This document shows positions 63,301 to 64,000 of a stretch of DNA of 64,000 bases, in pieces. The notes beneath the pieces were generated by a model. That model saw nothing but the letters and a program-made list of their open reading frames with translations, was not told the origin of the DNA and did not search any database. This DNA is from Podarcis pityusensis (Eukaryota): NCBI GenBank assembly GCA_964106645.2, contig OZ067038.1; one strand, 5' to 3'. The stretch's first letter is position 1; the number at the start of each line of letters is the position of its first letter. The translations under genes were made by a program, and so were the position numbers.

Positions 63301-63824
63301 GGTGCAATACCCCACCTAGAATTTACATGGGTGCTTGCTGCACCCAACTTATAACATCCAAAGCCCCCTTCATCTGAGTAACTGAAGAAGGTTGTAGAGT
63401 TGCATCGTAAGAAGAATGGTAGTGATTTACTTACATTGCTCACATTGATAGCATTAGCCCTGGAAAGCATGATTTCTGGTGTGTCTGGCATCACATGGAT
63501 CGTAGTTTTATCTTTATCCCACGCTTCTCTGTATTTCGCCTACAAAAATACAGAATTATCTGTTAATTCCTTCCGCAGAATAATTAAAATAATGTCACAT
63601 TGCTGAAAGGAGCTACATACAAGACTCAGTTGCTCAGCGTTGGTTTTGGCAAGGACAACTTCAGGCGTGTCAACGATGTGGGTAAATTTCAAACGATCCC
63701 GAGGAGTGCGATAAACGTTGTCACTCAGAATTTCCTGCGCATATTTCACCTTCTTCACTTCTGGAGATTCATTGGGGATCCATCCAATCCCTCGGAGCCA
63801 TTCCAGATCTGATTTATACACAGC
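906..63824 (-). CDS. NEB: Nebulin gene, partial (70 traced coding exons; gene extends beyond both window ends)
   Basis: Spliced minus-strand exons give continuous SDxxYK modules with WLxGxG every 7 modules; order and sequence match recalled vertebrate nebulin (e.g. [49 protein letters not shown]). Confidence 0.98.
1892..1931. repeat. (GT)n microsatellite
   Basis: direct. Confidence 0.95.
2756..2848 (-). CDS. NEB: NEB exon, 93 nt, Z-disc simple repeat
   Basis: [31 protein letters not shown]; AG/GT. Confidence 0.93.
3974..4078 (-). CDS. NEB: NEB exon, 105 nt
   Basis: [35 protein letters not shown]. Confidence 0.93.
5308..5659 (-). mobile_element. Sauria SINE, full length
   Basis: Minus strand: tRNA-like head with A box and GGTTCGAATCC B box, (ACCTTT)n tail; TSD TTATCAATGGATG at 5295-5307 and 5660-5672. 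Confidence 0.9.
5942..6046 (-). CDS. NEB: NEB exon, 105 nt
   Basis: [35 protein letters not shown]. Confidence 0.94.
6312..6416 (-). CDS. NEB: NEB exon, 105 nt
   Basis: [35 protein letters not shown]. Confidence 0.94.
6565..6678 (-). CDS. NEB: NEB exon, 114 nt
   Basis: [38 protein letters not shown]. Confidence 0.94.
6997..7349 (-). mobile_element. Sauria SINE, full length
   Basis: Near-identical to 5308 copy; TSD TCCTAAGATTTAA at 6984-6996 and 7350-7362. Confidence 0.9.
7875..7985 (-). CDS. NEB: NEB exon, 111 nt
   Basis: [37 protein letters not shown]. Confidence 0.94.
8443..8553 (-). CDS. NEB: NEB exon, 111 nt
   Basis: [37 protein letters not shown]. Confidence 0.94.
8718..8915 (+). 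mobile_element. tRNA-derived SINE remnant (MIR-like/L2-tail type)
   Basis: GCAGCGTGGTGTAGTGGTTAGAGCGTTGGAC A box, TTCAAATCCCC B-box remnant, A-rich tail. Confidence 0.6.
10739..10843 (-). CDS. NEB: NEB exon, 105 nt
   Basis: [35 protein letters not shown]. Confidence 0.94.
11814..11918 (-). CDS. NEB: NEB exon, 105 nt
   Basis: [35 protein letters not shown]. Confidence 0.93.
12753..12857 (-). CDS. NEB: NEB exon, 105 nt
   Basis: [35 protein letters not shown]. Confidence 0.93.
13135..13432 (+). mobile_element. L2-like LINE 3' fragment with (TG)n and (AAT)n tail
   Basis: FSVVVPxLWN-like remnant, TTGTAAACTGCCC...GGTATAGAAAT terminus. Confidence 0.5.
13673..13783 (-). CDS. NEB: NEB exon, 111 nt
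   Basis: [37 protein letters not shown]. Confidence 0.93.
16852..16882. repeat. (AT)n microsatellite
   Basis: direct. Confidence 0.95.
17247..17345 (-). CDS. NEB: NEB extra/alternative module exon, 99 nt
   Basis: [33 protein letters not shown]; ttgtag acceptor, gtaaga donor, open and phase 0, xxY...DTP...SS module pattern. Confidence 0.82.
18112..18163. repeat. (GAAA)n microsatellite
   Basis: direct. Confidence 0.95.
18453..18590 (-). mobile_element. tRNA(Lys)-like SINE with CR1-type 3' tail
   Basis: Minus strand CTCTTAATCTCAGGATTGTGGGTTCGAGCCCCACG followed by AGATTCCTGCC...CCCTTCCAACTCT. Confidence 0.65.
19021..19125 (-). CDS. NEB: NEB exon, 105 nt
   Basis: [35 protein letters not shown]. 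Confidence 0.92.
19273..19374 (-). CDS. NEB: NEB exon, 102 nt
   Basis: [34 protein letters not shown]. Confidence 0.93.
19657..19767 (-). CDS. NEB: NEB exon, 111 nt
   Basis: [37 protein letters not shown]. Confidence 0.93.
20923..21033 (-). CDS. NEB: NEB exon, 111 nt
   Basis: [37 protein letters not shown]. Confidence 0.93.
21152..21256 (-). CDS. NEB: NEB exon, 105 nt
   Basis: [35 protein letters not shown]. Confidence 0.94.
21961..22065 (-). CDS. NEB: NEB exon, 105 nt (degenerate WLKG-position module)
   Basis: [35 protein letters not shown]. Confidence 0.93.
22177..22281 (-). CDS. NEB: NEB exon, 105 nt
   Basis: [35 protein letters not shown]. Confidence 0.93.
23111..23215 (-). CDS. NEB: NEB exon, 105 nt
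   Basis: [35 protein letters not shown]. Confidence 0.93.
24044..24151 (-). CDS. NEB: NEB exon, 108 nt
   Basis: [36 protein letters not shown]. Confidence 0.94.
25182..25540 (-). mobile_element. Sauria SINE, full length
   Basis: Same family; TSD CCCTCCATAGGTAA at 25168-25181 and 25541-25554. Confidence 0.9.
26138..26242 (-). CDS. NEB: NEB exon, 105 nt
   Basis: [35 protein letters not shown]. Confidence 0.94.
26851..27100. mobile_element. hAT-superfamily non-autonomous element (MITE)
   Basis: TIRs CAGGGGTAGGCAAAC / GGTTGCTGACCCCTG; perfect 8-bp TSD GTCTACTG (26843-26850, 27101-27108). Confidence 0.88.
28056..28160 (-). CDS. NEB: NEB mutually exclusive exon B (human exon 144-like), 105 nt
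   Basis: [35 protein letters not shown]; cag/gtaagt. Confidence 0.9.
28538..28649. repeat. 49-bp tandem repeat (2.3 copies), each unit a hairpin
   Basis: CAAAGTA..ATAGGCTCACTCAAAAAGCTG..GCT.TTTTG(G/A)GTGG twice, plus a partial third unit. Confidence 0.85.
28803..28907 (-). CDS. NEB: NEB mutually exclusive exon A (human exon 143-like), 105 nt
   Basis: [35 protein letters not shown]; cag/gtactg. Confidence 0.9.
29447..29501. repeat. (AAAG)n microsatellite
   Basis: direct. Confidence 0.95.
29529..29716 (-). mobile_element. Sauria SINE, 5'-truncated, divergent subfamily
   Basis: AGGTAAAGG tail plus GGGTCATGTGGCCAGCATGACTAA core; head absent. Confidence 0.8.
29831..29935 (-). CDS. NEB: NEB exon, 105 nt
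   Basis: [35 protein letters not shown]. Confidence 0.93.
30740..31099 (+). mobile_element. RTE-clade LINE 3' fragment
   Basis: [32 protein letters not shown]...[22 protein letters not shown]2H2 finger; frameshift and stop; (GAA)n-like tail; CATGGTC on both sides. Confidence 0.75.
31258..31362 (-). CDS. NEB: NEB exon, 105 nt (WLRGIG)
   Basis: [35 protein letters not shown]. Confidence 0.94.
32405..32509 (-). CDS. NEB: NEB exon, 105 nt
   Basis: [35 protein letters not shown]. Confidence 0.94.
33180..33542 (-). mobile_element. Sauria SINE, full length
   Basis: Same family; head ~40 nt from the donor of exon 33581-33685; no clear TSD. Confidence 0.88.
33581..33685 (-). CDS. NEB: NEB exon, 105 nt
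   Basis: [35 protein letters not shown]. Confidence 0.94.
34800..34904 (-). CDS. NEB: NEB exon, 105 nt
   Basis: [35 protein letters not shown]. Confidence 0.93.
35301..35623. mobile_element. GC-rich hAT-type non-autonomous element
   Basis: TIRs CAGCGGCAGAG / CTCCGCCGCTG; 8-bp TSD AATCCAAT (35293-35300, 35624-35631). Confidence 0.82.
35917..36021 (-). CDS. NEB: NEB exon, 105 nt
   Basis: [35 protein letters not shown]. Confidence 0.94.
36765..36888. mobile_element. Palindromic squamate MITE (GACTACAAxTCCCATC hairpin family)
   Basis: GGCCCTCC..GTTTTGGGACTACAATTCCCATCATCCCT / AGGGATGATGGGAGTTGTAGTCCCAAAAC..GGAGGGCC; decayed relatives near 10430, 25735, 35200, 56480, 62430. Confidence 0.7.
37680..37784 (-). 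CDS. NEB: NEB exon, 105 nt
   Basis: [35 protein letters not shown]. Confidence 0.93.
38222..38345 (+). mobile_element. tRNA(Lys)-like SINE with CR1-type 3' tail
   Basis: AGCTCAGTCAGTAAAGCATGAGACTCTT...GGTTCAAGCCCC...CCTTCCAAC; same family as 18453. Confidence 0.65.
38607..38717 (-). CDS. NEB: NEB exon, 111 nt
   Basis: [37 protein letters not shown]. Confidence 0.93.
40089..40187 (-). CDS. NEB: NEB exon, 99 nt (WLRGLG)
   Basis: [33 protein letters not shown]. Confidence 0.92.
40347..40394. repeat. (CA)n(GA)n compound microsatellite
   Basis: direct. Confidence 0.95.
40453..40557 (-). CDS. NEB: NEB exon, 105 nt
   Basis: [35 protein letters not shown]. Confidence 0.93.
40675..40779 (-). CDS. 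NEB: NEB exon, 105 nt
   Basis: [35 protein letters not shown]. Confidence 0.94.
41799..41906 (-). CDS. NEB: NEB exon, 108 nt
   Basis: [36 protein letters not shown]. Confidence 0.93.
42304..42411 (-). CDS. NEB: NEB exon, 108 nt
   Basis: [36 protein letters not shown]. Confidence 0.93.
42740..42847 (-). CDS. NEB: NEB exon, 108 nt
   Basis: [36 protein letters not shown]. Confidence 0.93.
43473..43577 (-). CDS. NEB: NEB exon, 105 nt
   Basis: [35 protein letters not shown]. Confidence 0.93.
44376..44480 (-). CDS. NEB: NEB exon, 105 nt (WLKGIG)
   Basis: [35 protein letters not shown]. Confidence 0.94.
45072..45269 (-). CDS. NEB: NEB exon, 198 nt (2 modules)
   Basis: [45 protein letters not shown]...QLSD. 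Confidence 0.94.
45281..45331. repeat. (TAT)n(TAC)n compound microsatellite next to the acceptor of exon 45072-45269
   Basis: direct. Confidence 0.9.
46547..46660 (-). CDS. NEB: NEB exon, 114 nt
   Basis: [38 protein letters not shown]. Confidence 0.93.
46754..46861 (-). CDS. NEB: NEB exon, 108 nt
   Basis: [36 protein letters not shown]. Confidence 0.93.
46914..47194. mobile_element. PIF/Harbinger-like MITE
   Basis: TIRs GGCTTTGTCTACACTGGAGCA / TGCTCTGGTGTAGACAAGCCC. Confidence 0.65.
47928..48032 (-). CDS. NEB: NEB exon, 105 nt
   Basis: [35 protein letters not shown]. Confidence 0.93.
48135..48239 (-). CDS. NEB: NEB exon, 105 nt
   Basis: [35 protein letters not shown]. Confidence 0.93.
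48820..48924 (-). CDS. NEB: NEB exon, 105 nt (WLKGIG)
   Basis: [35 protein letters not shown]. Confidence 0.94.
49957..50154 (-). CDS. NEB: NEB exon, 198 nt (2 modules)
   Basis: [45 protein letters not shown]...EILSD. Confidence 0.94.
50263..50376 (-). CDS. NEB: NEB exon, 114 nt
   Basis: [38 protein letters not shown]. Confidence 0.94.
50474..50581 (-). CDS. NEB: NEB exon, 108 nt
   Basis: [36 protein letters not shown]. Confidence 0.93.
51314..51418 (-). CDS. NEB: NEB exon, 105 nt
   Basis: [35 protein letters not shown]. Confidence 0.93.
52075..52179 (-). CDS. NEB: NEB exon, 105 nt
   Basis: [35 protein letters not shown]. Confidence 0.93.
52269..52373 (-). CDS. NEB: NEB exon, 105 nt (WIRGCGW)
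   Basis: [35 protein letters not shown]. Confidence 0.93.
52526..52837 (-). CDS. NEB: NEB exon, 312 nt (3 modules)
   Basis: [33 protein letters not shown]...AYDLQSD. Confidence 0.95.
53094..53201 (-). CDS. NEB: NEB exon, 108 nt
   Basis: [36 protein letters not shown]. Confidence 0.93.
53293..53394 (-). CDS. NEB: NEB exon, 102 nt
   Basis: [34 protein letters not shown]. Confidence 0.92.
53592..53690 (-). CDS. NEB: NEB exon, 99 nt
   Basis: [33 protein letters not shown]. Confidence 0.92.
54062..54430 (-). mobile_element. L2 LINE 3' end
   Basis: [45 protein letters not shown] (L2 ORF2 C-terminus), 3'UTR GGGCGGGATATAAAT. Confidence 0.8.
54930..55086 (+). mobile_element. CR1 LINE 3' end
   Basis: [18 protein letters not shown] remnant and TTCCAACTCTAGGATTCTATGA terminus. 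Confidence 0.8.
55126..55230 (-). CDS. NEB: NEB exon, 105 nt (WLRGIGW)
   Basis: [35 protein letters not shown]. Confidence 0.94.
55878..56189 (-). CDS. NEB: NEB exon, 312 nt (duplicate copy A)
   Basis: [34 protein letters not shown]...AYELQSD. Confidence 0.95.
56736..56840 (-). CDS. NEB: NEB exon, 105 nt (copy A)
   Basis: [35 protein letters not shown]. Confidence 0.94.
57236..57340 (-). CDS. NEB: NEB exon, 105 nt (copy A)
   Basis: [35 protein letters not shown]. Confidence 0.94.
57532..57735 (-). CDS. NEB: NEB exon, 204 nt (copy A)
   Basis: [21 protein letters not shown]...[12 protein letters not shown]...EQLSL. Confidence 0.94.
58384..58695 (-). CDS. NEB: NEB exon, 312 nt
   Basis: [38 protein letters not shown]...AYELQSD. 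Confidence 0.95.
59836..59943 (-). CDS. NEB: NEB exon, 108 nt
   Basis: [36 protein letters not shown]. Confidence 0.94.
60596..60700 (-). CDS. NEB: NEB exon, 105 nt
   Basis: [35 protein letters not shown]. Confidence 0.94.
60845..61048 (-). CDS. NEB: NEB exon, 204 nt
   Basis: [23 protein letters not shown]...AQQVSE. Confidence 0.95.
61824..62135 (-). CDS. NEB: NEB exon, 312 nt (duplicate copy B)
   Basis: [34 protein letters not shown]...AYELQSD. Confidence 0.95.
62689..62793 (-). CDS. NEB: NEB exon, 105 nt (copy B)
   Basis: [35 protein letters not shown]. Confidence 0.94.
63080..63285. mobile_element. Penelope-like element remnant (inverted-repeat form)
   Basis: ~70-bp inverted arms TCCTTCCAGTAGCACCTTAGAGACCAAC...; CTGAAGA...GAAAGCTC hammerhead-type core; flanking 12-bp direct repeat AGCTAAATAAAT. 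Confidence 0.75.
63435..63539 (-). CDS. NEB: NEB exon, 105 nt (copy B)
   Basis: [35 protein letters not shown]. Confidence 0.94.
63621..63824 (-). CDS. NEB: NEB exon, 204 nt (copy B)
   Basis: [21 protein letters not shown]...[12 protein letters not shown]...EQLSL. Confidence 0.94.
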
Positions 63825-64000
63825 CTGTGAGAGAAAATGTCAGAAAGGAAGAGCAAGATATTTCAGTTCAATTCAAAACAAATACTTCATGTGGTAAATA
63901 CTGTAGAATGAATGGAACTTCAGAAAGTCAGGACAAACTTGTCTCAATTACAGCATCAAGATCTAAGTAGTACTATCTCTCTGGACTAGGCCAAAATGTT

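Larger units (their letters stand above)
61515..64000. repeat. Intragenic segmental duplication, copy B (runs off window end)
   Basis: Matches 55590-57910 including introns, up to the last base of the window. Confidence 0.93.

Overview
Eukaryotic (vertebrate) genomic DNA, most likely from a squamate and probably a lacertid-type lizard, judging from young Sauria SINEs and the CR1, L2, RTE, Penelope and hAT repeat content. The whole window lies inside one minus-strand gene, nebulin (NEB). I traced 70 coding exons by hand (906-63824), each with AG/GT splice sites, phase 0, and encoding one to three ~31-38-aa SDxxYK actin-binding modules. They run from the central super-repeats (WLxGxG every 7th module) to the first 93-nt Z-disc exons, roughly the human exon ~98-166 region; that numbering is from memory and was not aligned. 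Most ORF-track entries are spurious intronic or antisense ORFs. Main points: (1) a ~6-kb tandem duplication of an 8-exon, two-super-repeat unit, apparently in a different register from the human triplicate; (2) a conserved mutually exclusive exon pair (143/144-like) with RBFOX motifs and a tandem hairpin between the exons; (3) an extra 99-nt nebulin-module exon (17247-17345) for which I recall no human counterpart; (4) candidate microexons in CTAAY-rich introns; (5) a Penelope-like hairpin insertion with a disabled hammerhead-ribozyme core in only one duplicate. No prokaryotic system, CRISPR array or second gene is supported.
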